Part shown: piece by piece, positions 1-9,529 of the stretch
How the letters are laid out: every line of letters begins with the position of its first letter
Numbering within the stretch: the first letter of the stretch is position 1
Virus record (IMG/VR): IMGVR_UViG_3300032157_000003
Direction: 5' to 3' (one strand)
DNA length: 64,000 bases
DNA from: a virus
Made by a program: the position numbers and the translations under genes
Notes under the pieces: generated by a model
Told to the model about the DNA's origin: nothing
What the model saw: the letters and a program-made list of their open reading frames with translations, nothing else
The model's database searches: none

Positions 1-628
1 GCTTGACCAGCATGTAGCAGTCGGTCATGCAGGTGTGCATGGGCGTCCCTGTCATCGGGATGAAAGCCGTGTCAGGGTCTTCCGGGTTGCCCACGTAGTT
101 CTCCACGTGCATGGCGAACACCTTGCCGGGAGTTTTCCACTTCTGCGATTCGTCGGTGATCAGGACGTCGTAGCCCGCCGCCTTCATCACCAAATCCATC
201 TTGCGCACGGCGAACATCTCGTAGGACATCACCATCATTTCAGGCCACGAGTTGTCGGCCTTCCACTGCGCAATCAGCTTGTTCCGCTTCGCCGGCTCTT
301 CGTCGAGGATATGGACCCGAACGTACTTGTCGATGCCCACGAACTCGGAGTAGACCGACTCTGCGAACTGCACGGTCAGCGAGGCCAAGGTCACGACCAG
401 CACCTTGTTGCCGAGGCCGATGTAATGCAGGGCGGTGGCGACAGCAGGGAGGGACTTGCCCGCCCCTGTCTGATCCAGCAACCCGTACCACTGGTAATGC
501 GCGCAGAGCGACAGCCCTGTCACCTGCGAACCGAACGGCTTCTTGTCCAAGCGCACGAAGGGTGCGAAGGCCGGGTATCGTTGGATACCCGCCGCCTGGA
601 AGTATTCAGCCAACGTCGGACCATCCAT
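1..628 (-). CDS. SF2/SNF2-like DNA helicase (N-terminal part; runs off window)
   Basis: Hand-translated, not in ORF track: MDGPTLAEYFQ...LLDQTGAGKS (Walker A)...VLITDESQKWK (DExx)...PMTGTP (motif III). Start overlaps primase stop. Confidence 0.85.
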   Translation of the reverse strand, partial: MDGPTLAEYFQAAGIQRYPAFAPFVRLDKKPFGSQVTGLSLCAHYQWYGLLDQTGAGKSLPAVATALHYIGLGNKVLVVTLASLTVQFAESVYSEFVGIDKYVRVHILDEEPAKRNKLIAQWKADNSWPEMMVMSYEMFAVRKMDLVMKAAGYDVLITDESQKWKTPGKVFAMHVENYVGNPEDPDTAFIPMTGTPMHTCMTDCYMLVK

Positions 629-3497
629 CACTGACCCCTCCTGTAATCAGGCCGGTGTCGATATTCTTCTCGGCCATCTTCTTGATGTCGAGGAACAGCA
701 TCGGGCGACCGTTGCCCATTTTCTCGAACGGGCGAAGGCCAGCAAAGTAGGACTCTTCCCTGATGAGTGTGAGGAACTGCTTGACCCCGGTGATGACCGG
801 CGGCGTGCGTTCCTCGTTGTTCATGAAGCGGACGTAGGCCGCGTGGCAGAACACCGGGTCGACGATCAGGAACTGGCCCTTCGCCGGAACGATGTACATC
901 AAGCCTTCGCGCAGGTACGGGTTCATCAGGCCGGCTTCTTCCATACCCTTCGACAGCGCAATGATCATCGCCAGTTTGGACACGACCAGATCGGTTTCCG
1001 AATGGACCGTAGAACCAACCATGCCGCCGGAAGCCATCTCCAGCAGGTCCTCTTCTTCGTCACGGACCTTCGAGGTCGAGCGGCTGTACTTGGCGAGCAA
1101 CTGCTTGGCGTAATCGTCCAGCAGGCTCTCCGCCTTCGCCAGCTTCAGGGAGGCGGCTACCTTGCGCGCCTGCCACAGACCCACAATGACGCACTGCAAC
1201 GAATAACGAGGGCGGTCGTCCATGGAATCCGGCAGCAAGGCGCTGGCCTTATCCATCAGGGCTTCCATCTCGGGCAGTGTCGTGTTCATCGCCTGAATCA
1301 TCAGCGCCTTGCCGAAGCTGCGCAGGTGCTGACGGTTGCGACGGGCGTACTCGAAGAAATCCTTGCGCCCATAGCGCTTCTGCTTGGTCAGATGAACTCG
1401 CAGGGAGCGTTCCTGAATCGCCGGCATCTCGATCTCTTGCTCAGAGCAGACGATGATCGGGGACGACAGCGGGATCACCACCGTCTCGGCGTTCACCCGG
1501 CCCATGCCGTTGCCGCCGAGTCGGCCCTTGATCGAGGACTCACCGCCCCAGCTCTGTTTGATGCGCTCGCCGGTATCCTTGAACTGCTTCGGCTCCATTT
1601 TCGACTTGTTGTATTCCTCGATGATGCGGGGAATCGTCGTGGTGGCCGACAGGTAGTCGAGCATCCCGTAGGGCGTGGCGCCCGGTGCGTTGATGCCGGA
1701 GTCCAGCGACATGTAATCGGTGCCGTTGAGCCACGTCACGATGCCTGCGGTGATCGACTTACCGGAACCAGCCGAACCCCACAGGCTCAGGACCGGGAAC
1801 TGGTTGTGCAGGTACATCAGGTGAGCCTTGTAGTGGCAGGCCGAAGACCAGCCAACGATGACGCCGATTTCGAGTGGCTTGTTGATTTGCAGCATGCACG
1901 ACAATGCCTCGTCGGCATCCTTGTCGCCCACCTCAGTAACCGAAGCCTTGCCGAAGTACGGGCGAGCCTGGAGCATCCCAAGGTACTGGTGCGTGCCCTT
2001 GACCTTGTGGTTGTTGATCGACATGTCCGGCTCAACGTAGGTGAAGACAGGTTCATCACCCACGAAGTCCAGATGTAGACCCGATGTGTAGACCTGATAT
2101 ACCTCACCCACGTCCTGATCCTCACGGTAAATAGTGATCTTGATCCGCTGCACGTCCCCGTCAGACCCTTGGAAGGTCAGGTCGGAAATGCCCTCGATCT
2201 CTTTCAGGAAGCCGGAGCGACCACTGAACGAGCTCTCTTTGAACGTGAGCTTACCGATCTCCACGCCGCCCTTCATAACGCCCATCCGGGTGCCGATGCG
2301 GCGGGGAGTGGTCCCGTCCTGCGGAACGTCGATGAACACATCCTGCGGTTGCAGAAGGAAATTCGTCACACGCTTCCAGTTGTCACCATAGCGCACGTAG
2401 TACCCATCGACACGGGCTTCTGCGCTGATGTCTAAGTCGCCGCCTTCGCCGTCAGCGTTGCTGCCTGACTCAATCGCGCAGCCTTCGCACGGGCGTTTGC
2501 CCAGCAAGGCGCGGATGGCGTTGCAGCCAAACGAGAAACCGGGCGTGTGCTCAACGTAGCGAATCTGCGCTTCGATATGCTCACGACGGGTGCGGGCGTT
2601 GTGGTACTTGCTGGAGTGGTTCGCCTCGGCAGCACGAGACGCCAGAGCGTCGGCCACCATCGGCTCAGCCCCTGCCCGGACGATGTACGCCGCAAGCTGG
2701 GTCGCCACTTGGTTGAAGTTGGTCTCGCTCTTCAGGTGCTTGGCATCGCAGAGCATCTGGATGCAGGTAGGCGGCTCGTGACGAATCTTCTCCAGCTCGC
2801 CAGAGGTGGCAATGATCACCACCTTCTGCGCCGTGCCGATGCGCTTCTTGGCCGAGTCGAACAGGGCCATCAGCTCCGGCACCTGAACATTGGGCAGCGT
2901 TTCGCAAACTACTTTGCGAGGCCCGCTCACCAGCGTCAGGTACAGCTCAGGGTCCAGCGCCATCAGCTCAGTGACCGTCACCGGTACCCGGTAGCGCCCG
3001 TCGAAACGCTCCACGTTGGGGATGCGGAAGCTGTTGCCACGGCCCCCGGAGTAGACGGAGTAGTCCACGCCTGCCACGTACAGGTCGCGGGCCATTTCCT
3101 TGTAAATCTCGGGCAGGCGCTTGAAGAACCGACCCGACGAGAACAGGCGCTCATCCACAAGGATGTGCAGCCCCTTCGAGCCGGACAGGTAAATCTGGAT
3201 GCCTGCTTCGGGCGTGCCAAGGGTCAGCAGGCGCTTCACCAGCTCGTTGCCGCTGGCGATGGCCTGGGCCAAGTCTCCCTTACAGTCGATGTCGAAGTAC
3301 AGGGGGCCTCGGTATGCGAGGCTGTCCCGGTTCCTTGGGTGGTCGGGATCGTCACCATCCGCGACGATATTGTTTACCGTCAGGATGGTGAGTTTCTTCG
3401 CGCCATTTGACAGGGCTAGGGCAACGGTATCGTCGCCGGCTTTGTCAGAGATGGCGAACCACGAGTCCTTCTCGTGCCGCTGATAATACCTGTACAT
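606..3497 (-). CDS. DNA primase-helicase fusion (AEP primase domain + Cys-rich domain + P-loop ATPase)
   Basis: AEP motifs LYFDID, YLSGSKGLH, FRIPN; PPTC...C...CEGC Cys cluster; Walker A LWGSAGSGKS; 963 aa next to helicase. Confidence 0.85.
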   Translation of the reverse strand: MYRYYQRHEKDSWFAISDKAGDDTVALALSNGAKKLTILTVNNIVADGDDPDHPRNRDSLAYRGPLYFDIDCKGDLAQAIASGNELVKRLLTLGTPEAGIQIYLSGSKGLHILVDERLFSSGRFFKRLPEIYKEMARDLYVAGVDYSVYSGGRGNSFRIPNVERFDGRYRVPVTVTELMALDPELYLTLVSGPRKVVCETLPNVQVPELMALFDSAKKRIGTAQKVVIIATSGELEKIRHEPPTCIQMLCDAKHLKSETNFNQVATQLAAYIVRAGAEPMVADALASRAAEANHSSKYHNARTRREHIEAQIRYVEHTPGFSFGCNAIRALLGKRPCEGCAIESGSNADGEGGDLDISAEARVDGYYVRYGDNWKRVTNFLLQPQDVFIDVPQDGTTPRRIGTRMGVMKGGVEIGKLTFKESSFSGRSGFLKEIEGISDLTFQGSDGDVQRIKITIYREDQDVGEVYQVYTSGLHLDFVGDEPVFTYVEPDMSINNHKVKGTHQYLGMLQARPYFGKASVTEVGDKDADEALSCMLQINKPLEIGVIVGWSSACHYKAHLMYLHNQFPVLSLWGSAGSGKSITAGIVTWLNGTDYMSLDSGINAPGATPYGMLDYLSATTTIPRIIEEYNKSKMEPKQFKDTGERIKQSWGGESSIKGRLGGNGMGRVNAETVVIPLSSPIIVCSEQEIEMPAIQERSLRVHLTKQKRYGRKDFFEYARRNRQHLRSFGKALMIQAMNTTLPEMEALMDKASALLPDSMDDRPRYSLQCVIVGLWQARKVAASLKLAKAESLLDDYAKQLLAKYSRSTSKVRDEEEDLLEMASGGMVGSTVHSETDLVVSKLAMIIALSKGMEEAGLMNPYLREGLMYIVPAKGQFLIVDPVFCHAAYVRFMNNEERTPPVITGVKQFLTLIREESYFAGLRPFEKMGNGRPMLFLDIKKMAEKNIDTGLITGGVSDGWSDVG

Positions 3498-3527
3498 GCA
3501 AATCCCCCACGGCCCGTTCTTTTCTTC

Positions 3528-3794
3528 TTAGCGACCCTTGCTGCTTTGCACGTTGCCGGCCTGAATCTCAAGGATCAGGCGGTCAACGGCCCGAACGGGT
3601 ACCGGTCGATGGCGGGGGGTGCCTTCGGTGGCGAACCAAGCGGCCACGTAATTTGCACTGTAGCCGGTGTAACGTGAAACGTCGTTGCGGGTCAGGCGGT
3701 AGTGCGCCGCCAGTTGCCGCAGGTATGCGGTGCGTTCAGAGTCGGTGATGCTTTCGGTATAAAACACCTTACCGGACTCGGTGGTGATCTTCAT
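3528..3794 (-). CDS. small HTH DNA-binding protein
   Basis: LRQLAAHYRLTRNDVSRYTGYSANYVAAWF resembles an XRE-type HTH; ATG at 3794 with RBS. Confidence 0.6.
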   Translation of the reverse strand: MKITTESGKVFYTESITDSERTAYLRQLAAHYRLTRNDVSRYTGYSANYVAAWFATEGTPRHRPVPVRAVDRLILEIQAGNVQSSKGR

Positions 3795-3825
3795 GGTGGT
3801 TCCCTTTATTGTGCAACCGTCTTGT

Positions 3826-3854
3826 AACTTAGTGTACCTAGTACAGGTTTGCAA
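3826..3854 (-). promoter_or_regulatory. sigma70-like promoter
   Basis: Minus strand TTGCAA-N17-TAAGTT upstream of the HTH/primase/helicase genes; spacer holds inverted repeat TGTAC-N3-GTACA (3833-3845). Confidence 0.5.
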
Positions 3855-3856
3855 GC

Positions 3857-3887
3857 GGAAAAAACCCAGACTCTGACGGGTTTTTCC
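3857..3887 (-). terminator. intrinsic terminator
   Basis: AAAAACCC-N10-GGGTTTTT hairpin just past the stop of 3896-4549. Confidence 0.65.
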
Positions 3888-3895
3888 ACGCCTGA

Positions 3896-4549
3896 CTACT
3901 GCCCCATATCAAGGTCAGGGAGACGGATCGCACGCAGTTCCCTGTCTGCCTCAGCATCCAAGGGGTTGTACTCAGCCATGCGCCCTTCCATGAGGCGATT
4001 GCCGAACTCTTCAGTGGCCGTGAGTGGCCGGTCTTTCCTGACCACCGGTAGGTCCACCAGTGTGGTCATCCGGTTCCCTGCCTTGGGCACAGCATGCAGC
4101 AGGCGCAGGTCCTGCGCGCCACGGACAGCGGCTGCGTCGGCCATTATCCGCGCTTGGTAGGCACGGTTCGGCGGGACCTTCATCGGCGCGTCCGTCAGCT
4201 TCTCCAGCACCAGCGGGCGTTGCCGTGGGCCAAAGTTGTTTCCGTGGATGTCCGCCTTCGCCCTGAACAGGCAGTAATCGTGGTCGCGCACCAACTCCCT
4301 TCCGCAAAGTACTTTGTGAAGGTTGCCGGTGGTCGGCTTGTTCGGCAGGTCCACCACCAACAGCGCCCCGATACTCGCGTCGTTGTAGAGGGCAGCGAGG
4401 CCGTCATAGATCGCGGTCGAGGTCACCACCTGGGGTTTGGCCACCACTTCTTTTGGTCGACCTTCGCGGAAGTAGCTGGCTTCTACGGTCTCTCCTTCGA
4501 GGATGGCGACCGCCAGCGGCAGGCGCACCATTTCAGTGGGGTCATTCAT
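3896..4549 (-). CDS. hypothetical protein
   Basis: 217 aa ORF; ATGA overlap with upstream gene. Confidence 0.7.
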   Translation of the reverse strand: MNDPTEMVRLPLAVAILEGETVEASYFREGRPKEVVAKPQVVTSTAIYDGLAALYNDASIGALLVVDLPNKPTTGNLHKVLCGRELVRDHDYCLFRAKADIHGNNFGPRQRPLVLEKLTDAPMKVPPNRAYQARIMADAAAVRGAQDLRLLHAVPKAGNRMTTLVDLPVVRKDRPLTATEEFGNRLMEGRMAEYNPLDAEADRELRAIRLPDLDMGQ

Positions 4550-5400
4550 TTTGCTTCTCCAAAGCCCAGCAGGGCGACTACGAGTTCATCGGGGTCGGCA
4601 TCGCCGTCCACGAGAGCTGCCAGCACCTGCTCTGGCGTTACATTAAGGCCACCACACAGCTCCATCATCCGCACCGGCTCCCCTGCAATCACAGGCTTCA
4701 GGAAGTTGAGGCGGTCCATCCTGTTCCACGGCTCCTTGGCCAGTGTCAGGTTGTCGAGCGTGTACGGCAGCTCCGGGTTCAGGGGTGTCAACCAGCGCAG
4801 GTCTGGTCGGCTCAGGTCAACGAGGTGACAGAGCACTTCCTGATACGCCCGGACGAAACCGGTCTTGATGTCGCGTTCAAACATGTCATCCAGCGTGCCG
4901 CCCCAGTAGCTGGGAATCCCCTCGGGGTAGCAGGCCTGCATCAGCTTCCATTGCACCCGCAAGGCATCCGGCAGGGTGCCCCAGAACAGGCGCATCAGCA
5001 GCTTCTGCTGACAGCAGTTGTCCCGGCAGCCGGTGTGCTCGACCAGATACCGAGTCAACTGCTCTGTGGTCAGGTAATGATCCTTTCCACAGACGCAGGT
5101 AACCATGTATCGGAGCGAGCCATCCGGCATTCGGTCCTTGTATTGCAGGCGGAATGCGCCGTACCACCACCCCGTAGGCAGTTGGTGGAATACCGTTTGC
5201 TCCGCTTCGTGAAGCATGGCTTGCGCCTCGGCCAGCTTCTTCTCGTCGGTCCAAGTCGTGCGCAGGTGCAGGATGTCTGCGGCCTGTACCAGACAATGGA
5301 CGGCGGGATTGTCCCGACGTACTTGCGGGATTGGTCGCTGCCCCGGCTTCACGGGCTTGTGCTTGGCGATATTCCCGCCAATTCTGACTACGGTGGTCAT
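4546..5400 (-). CDS. degenerate HNH homing-endonuclease-like protein
   Basis: GWWYGAFRL..YMVTCVCGKD..TGCRDNC, QWKLMQAC, YWGG, PYTLDNLTLA and a C-terminal HTH-like tail follow the layout of phage HNH endonucleases; catalytic His/Asn not evident. Confidence 0.45.
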   Translation of the reverse strand: MTTVVRIGGNIAKHKPVKPGQRPIPQVRRDNPAVHCLVQAADILHLRTTWTDEKKLAEAQAMLHEAEQTVFHQLPTGWWYGAFRLQYKDRMPDGSLRYMVTCVCGKDHYLTTEQLTRYLVEHTGCRDNCCQQKLLMRLFWGTLPDALRVQWKLMQACYPEGIPSYWGGTLDDMFERDIKTGFVRAYQEVLCHLVDLSRPDLRWLTPLNPELPYTLDNLTLAKEPWNRMDRLNFLKPVIAGEPVRMMELCGGLNVTPEQVLAALVDGDADPDELVVALLGFGEAK

Positions 5401-5425
5401 CTTCCCCCCTATCTGTTGCGGGATT

Positions 5426-5890
5426 TTATACAGTGTATCGGTAGAGTGTTGACATCGGAATCGTTATCAACGGTTCACCGACATTATTTTTCACCATTTC
5501 ACTATCCATGCGGACCGGCTTTGGGTACAGGTCCAACGCCGATGCAGCAAAGAAGCGTGCCGCCATCTTCCCTGTTGCATGGTCGAAGACCTTATTGACC
5601 CTGAACAAAAGCTGGTACCACCCCTCATGAAATACCCCGAAGAACCTGAACTGGGCCTTCGGGTCAACATCGAGATTGTTGGCCGGCATCAACTCCATCA
5701 GGTAGCGGATGACAGCCTCGGCAGACCAACGCAGGACTTCTGCATCAGTGCAGGGTCCAGTCGTCAGTTGCCGGAAATCTCGGATCACGCCCTCCAAGAC
5801 AGGGAGCCCAGCAGGCCCCTGTGTAACCTTCTCTTCGACGTGATCATCCCGTTGCTTACGGCGTGTCGTGAAACAGTGAATCGACCCCAT
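5426..5890 (-). CDS. hypothetical protein
   Basis: 154 aa ORF in operon orientation with RBS-like GGGG. Confidence 0.6.
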   Translation of the reverse strand: MGSIHCFTTRRKQRDDHVEEKVTQGPAGLPVLEGVIRDFRQLTTGPCTDAEVLRWSAEAVIRYLMELMPANNLDVDPKAQFRFFGVFHEGWYQLLFRVNKVFDHATGKMAARFFAASALDLYPKPVRMDSEMVKNNVGEPLITIPMSTLYRYTV

Positions 5891-5894
5891 CTTT

Positions 5895-6665
5895 TTACGC
5901 CCCTAGATTCTTATTAGTGTTCCTAGTGTACATGATCGGATCGTCTGTATTAACCAGTCTGTGTACCCAATAACCCTCATATAGCCGGTTACCAGAACGC
6001 GGTAGCTTTCTGGCTGCGGTGAATATGTAGGGCACCAGCAGTATCTCCCCCTGCGGGCGGTGGTCCAACGGTTCATCGTTGTCCAGCCTTGGGTTCTTCA
6101 TGCGCTCCTTTAACGTCTCCGGGTTGAAGTAACGGCGTTGGAACTTCGAGTTGTTCAACTTCTTCGAGAGTTCCTCCACCTTGTAATAGGGTTGCTCATC
6201 CTCCCTGAACCGCAACACGCGGAACTGCTGGTTGGCCTCGTCGAAGGCGAGGATCGAGTAGAAGTCGACCTCGCACTTCAGCACCGTTGCCTCTTCGTCC
6301 TTCTCCAGCAGAACCTCTCCAGGCCAGATAGCCATCTGACTGATCGGGTACCACGCCTTGCTCCAGTTACTGCGACCCATCATTCGCAAGGTAACCGGCT
6401 CAGTGCGTTCGTCGTTGAAGTTCAGGGCCAGCGGCAGGGAGTCACCCTGCGTCGGCCCCACGCCAATGCTGGCCAATTCCTCCAGCAAGTCGGCCTCCAA
6501 CACCCATGCGAGCGAGCCTTCACCGTCCCTGTTCACCTCGACATCCTCGCAGTCCTCCGGCAGGCCCTCGCCACGGATGGCTTGGAAGCCCTCCACGACG
6601 TGGGACACTGCAAGGACTCGACGCCAGATGAGCTTTTCAACGGCGATCAAGTCCTGTCTGTTCAT
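5895..6665 (-). CDS. hypothetical protein
   Basis: Start MNRQDL overlaps stop of the upstream gene (ATGA); 256 aa. Confidence 0.7.
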   Translation of the reverse strand: MNRQDLIAVEKLIWRRVLAVSHVVEGFQAIRGEGLPEDCEDVEVNRDGEGSLAWVLEADLLEELASIGVGPTQGDSLPLALNFNDERTEPVTLRMMGRSNWSKAWYPISQMAIWPGEVLLEKDEEATVLKCEVDFYSILAFDEANQQFRVLRFREDEQPYYKVEELSKKLNNSKFQRRYFNPETLKERMKNPRLDNDEPLDHRPQGEILLVPYIFTAARKLPRSGNRLYEGYWVHRLVNTDDPIMYTRNTNKNLGA

Positions 6666-6931
6666 GTTGGGTAGGACTCCAACGTGACCGGCTCTTCCAG
6701 AAGGTCGGCAGGGTCGAAGGTGCGGAAACTGCCCGCCTCCACGTCCCAGCAGATGATCAGGTTCTCCGGGTACTTGCGAGGTGCCTTGCTCGGGTCCTTG
6801 GGTGGCGGCGGAGGCAGGATCGACGGGTGCAGCGATGCACGCATTTCGCGGCGCTCGCCGGTTGCCTTCTTCTGGAACACGATGCGAACCAGACCTTGTT
6901 CCAGCATTGCCATGACTTGTGCTTTGTCCAT
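6662..6931 (-). CDS. WYL-like/SH3 beta-barrel small protein (DUF2693/WYL_2-like)
   Basis: LVRIVFQKKATGERREMRAS...IICWDVEAGSFRTF matches the common phage F.KxxGxxRxM..T / .wD.e...wRsF pattern. Confidence 0.7.
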   Translation of the reverse strand: MDKAQVMAMLEQGLVRIVFQKKATGERREMRASLHPSILPPPPPKDPSKAPRKYPENLIICWDVEAGSFRTFDPADLLEEPVTLESYPT

Positions 6932-6939
6932 GTTTCACC

Positions 6940-7791
6940 TCACAGGTAGCGCAGGGGATTGAAGCGGTTGATGTTGTTGGTTAACGCGATTTCCAGCAGC
7001 GAGTCGTTGGGGAAGTCGTTCGCAAAGTCCTTTGCAACCGACTTCTTGTACGTCTCGCTGTAGGCCTTCCAGAGCATGTCAGCCTCGATTTGCAGCTTGG
7101 CCAGCTCGTTCTGCATCTGCTGGTACTGCTCGTGCGCGGCGTCCACCTCCTTGGCGTGGGCCTTCTGCGGCCACAGGCCGAGGTCGATCTGGGTCAGCAG
7201 GGGTTTCACCTGCTGGGCGTTGAAGGCTTCGAGGGCCACGATCAGCACCTCCTGCATCCTCGCCAAAGCGATCTTGGCCTCCCGCAGCAGGGAGGTGCGC
7301 AGCTTGTGCCCTGCCAATGCCGCCGCATCCTCGGCACGCTGGCGCTGGGATTCAATGGTACGCAGCCCCTTGACCGAGTAGGGCTGATCGACCGTCAACT
7401 CCAGATGCACGCGAGGCGGGGTCCGCTGCAAACCTGCCTCGACCTGATAGGCCAGCGACACGGATTGGCGGAGCTGGACACCCCATTCTTGGCCCTTCAG
7501 CACCTCACCGAGTTTGTTCGAGAACGTCTGATAGGCCTTCTTTACTGGCTCAGGCAGGTACTGGAACGACGGCTCGCCGTCGTAAGGTTCCAGGCTCAGG
7601 TAGGCGGTGGCCGAGGCGTGGGCGTACCGGCCACCCCCTTCCGTGACATGCTCCGTGGACGTGGTGACGTCTGGCACGAGGTCCAGCGGCAGGTCCTTGT
7701 CCTCGAAGTTGTCGATATTGCATTCGTCCGGCAGGTAGAGCAGGACGAGATTGAGGTCCGCGTAGAAGCGGTGCGCTACGTTGAACAGCAT
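6940..7791 (-). CDS. hypothetical protein (coiled-coil C-terminus)
   Basis: 283 aa ORF with RBS GAGGA and the CCTTCATCGAGGA leader motif. Confidence 0.75.
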   Translation of the reverse strand: MLFNVAHRFYADLNLVLLYLPDECNIDNFEDKDLPLDLVPDVTTSTEHVTEGGGRYAHASATAYLSLEPYDGEPSFQYLPEPVKKAYQTFSNKLGEVLKGQEWGVQLRQSVSLAYQVEAGLQRTPPRVHLELTVDQPYSVKGLRTIESQRQRAEDAAALAGHKLRTSLLREAKIALARMQEVLIVALEAFNAQQVKPLLTQIDLGLWPQKAHAKEVDAAHEQYQQMQNELAKLQIEADMLWKAYSETYKKSVAKDFANDFPNDSLLEIALTNNINRFNPLRYL

Positions 7792-7850
7792 GTTGATTTC
7801 CTCGATGAAGGTTCAGATGCAACAACCCCGGCGGAGGCCGGGGTTGGGTG

Positions 7851-8108
7851 TTAGCTCTTGGCCTCGATTCGCTCCTTGAGGGAGACGGCCTCGGCGTCAG
7901 AGATGACCCCGTAGTGGTGCATGTCGTTGACGGCAGCCTTGAGGATGTTAGCCAGTGGCGCACCCATGTTGGCTGGCGCAGCCGGCGCGGCGGCTTCTGC
8001 CACTGCCTCGGCGTTTGCTTCAACGGCGGCTTCAGCAGCAACAGTCTCGACGGTCTCAGGGACCGGCGCGGCGGCTTGGTTGAAAGCGGGGCGGTTCTTG
8101 TTTGTCAT
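7851..8108 (-). CDS. Ala/Glu-rich hypothetical protein
   Basis: 85 aa; RBS GAGGA; palindrome directly upstream. Confidence 0.7.
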   Translation of the reverse strand: MTNKNRPAFNQAAAPVPETVETVAAEAAVEANAEAVAEAAAPAAPANMGAPLANILKAAVNDMHHYGVISDAEAVSLKERIEAKS

Positions 8109-8146
8109 CTATGTTTCCTCGGTTGTTCGCAAAGTGCTTTGCGAGA

Positions 8147-8257
8147 TCAGTGACGTTTCGGCTTCTTCTCGATGAGCATCAGCACTGCCAAGACAGTAGC
8201 TAAAAATGCGATCTCGATCAGATTTGAATACTCAAGTGACGTATCAATCGGGCACAT
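8147..8257 (-). CDS. 36-aa predicted membrane micropeptide
   Basis: Hand-found MCPIDTSLEYSNLIEIAFLATVLAVLMLIEKKPKRH; TGATG coupling to upstream stop. Confidence 0.5.
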   Translation of the reverse strand: MCPIDTSLEYSNLIEIAFLATVLAVLMLIEKKPKRH

Positions 8258-8631
8258 CAAGACTCCAAGTAACTCTTGAGCGAACCTGATGCGGCTTCAA
8301 AGGTACTGCGCCAAGACCACTCACCCCTGAAGTACGCCCGGAAGGAGTCCCCGTCGATGGTGAAGGTTTCGTCGATTGACATCTTCACCATGTCGATCAC
8401 GTTGATGTACTCGTTGCCGTAGTAACCCGGCTTTGGCAGGCGCAAGGTCACGTCGGAGTAGTCACCCTTGTCGGTACGTTCCAGCGCCTCGGTCAGGAAG
8501 CGGCGCACCGCTGCCTTATAGTCATCCAGCGCCTGAGCGTACTCGGCGTCGTGCGTTTGCTTACCCTTCACCAGCGCCTCAAGCAAAGCCTCACGCTTGA
8601 CGGTCACCTGTTGCTGTCGCAGATTGATCAC
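8257..8631 (-). CDS. hypothetical protein
   Basis: GTG start after GAGGGG RBS; 124 aa. Confidence 0.7.
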   Translation of the reverse strand: MINLRQQQVTVKREALLEALVKGKQTHDAEYAQALDDYKAAVRRFLTEALERTDKGDYSDVTLRLPKPGYYGNEYINVIDMVKMSIDETFTIDGDSFRAYFRGEWSWRSTFEAASGSLKSYLES

Positions 8632-8642
8632 TGTCTTCCCCC

Positions 8643-8804
8643 TCAGTCTTTCGATTTGAACATGAGCATGACCGCCATGAGCGCGCCGACCAATACAAAG
8701 TCGGCGCACATGGAAAGCAGACGGCTGGCCGAATCGACCAGCACGACTGCACCGGCCAGCCCGAAAGCCGCCCAAAGGCGAAACTTATCGAGCCAGCCTT
8801 TCAT
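8643..8804 (-). CDS. 53-aa membrane protein
   Basis: Hand-found MKGWLDKFRLWAAFGLAGAVVLVDSASRLLSMCADFVLVGALMAVMLMFKSKD; TAATG coupling. Confidence 0.65.
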   Translation of the reverse strand: MKGWLDKFRLWAAFGLAGAVVLVDSASRLLSMCADFVLVGALMAVMLMFKSKD

Positions 8805-9529
8805 TACAAGGTCCTCACGAAGTCTTGCAACTTCTTGTACTTCTCGGCCAGCTCAGCGTTGTCCTCACGCAGCAGCGCGGCTTCCTCTATGCGCGCAGCG
8901 ATGGACTTCAGGCGAGCGTTGAACTCTTCGCCCATCGTCACGACCTCAGCGGCCAGCTCGCTCAACACGTCCAACGACTTGTTGTGAGTTGGGGCCGGGG
9001 TCGGGGTCGGTTCCTCGGCAGGGGCCGGGGCCTCTTTCAAGGCCTCGACCGGAGCCGGGGCTTCGACCACTTCCACCACCGGGGCGTCCGCCACAGGCGT
9101 GACCACCGCCGTGACCACAGCCGTAGCCTCTGCCGTGACCTCTGCCTCGACCAAAGCCGGGGCCTCGATCACAGTCTCAACTGGTTCCGGTTCCTCGACA
9201 GGGTGAATCACCACCGCTGCAACCACGACCGGCTGCGGCACCAGCATCCCCTGCTCAACCTGCTGGGGAACAGGCTTGCGGCCCGGTCGGCCACGACGCT
9301 TGAACTGGCCGGCTTTCGGCTCAGTAATCAGGCGGGCGTCCTTCAAAGCTCCCAGGCATGCAAGCAGCTTGGGTTGCTCGATGGTGCCAACCAGCTCGTT
9401 CTTTTCCAGATAGCGCTTGATCATCGGAAGGTCTTTCAGCTCGTCGTCCGACATGGCACTGAAAACCTTCTGTGCCAGTGCTGATTGTCCGCGAAGCATG
9501 GCGTCCATGCGCGTTGCCGAGGCCATCAC
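8804..9529 (-). CDS. wHTH-like protein with AT-hook-like motif and low-complexity linker
   Basis: LACLGALKDARLITEPKAGQF, then KRRGRPGRKP, a Pro/Ala/Val/Glu-rich linker and a coiled-coil end. Confidence 0.6.
   Translation of the reverse strand: MMASATRMDAMLRGQSALAQKVFSAMSDDELKDLPMIKRYLEKNELVGTIEQPKLLACLGALKDARLITEPKAGQFKRRGRPGRKPVPQQVEQGMLVPQPVVVAAVVIHPVEEPEPVETVIEAPALVEAEVTAEATAVVTAVVTPVADAPVVEVVEAPAPVEALKEAPAPAEEPTPTPAPTHNKSLDVLSELAAEVVTMGEEFNARLKSIAARIEEAALLREDNAELAEKYKKLQDFVRTL

Noticed and set aside
543-2078. 511-aa plus-strand ORF
   Set aside because: Antisense shadow of the primase; a product of GC-rich codon bias with no motifs or RBS.
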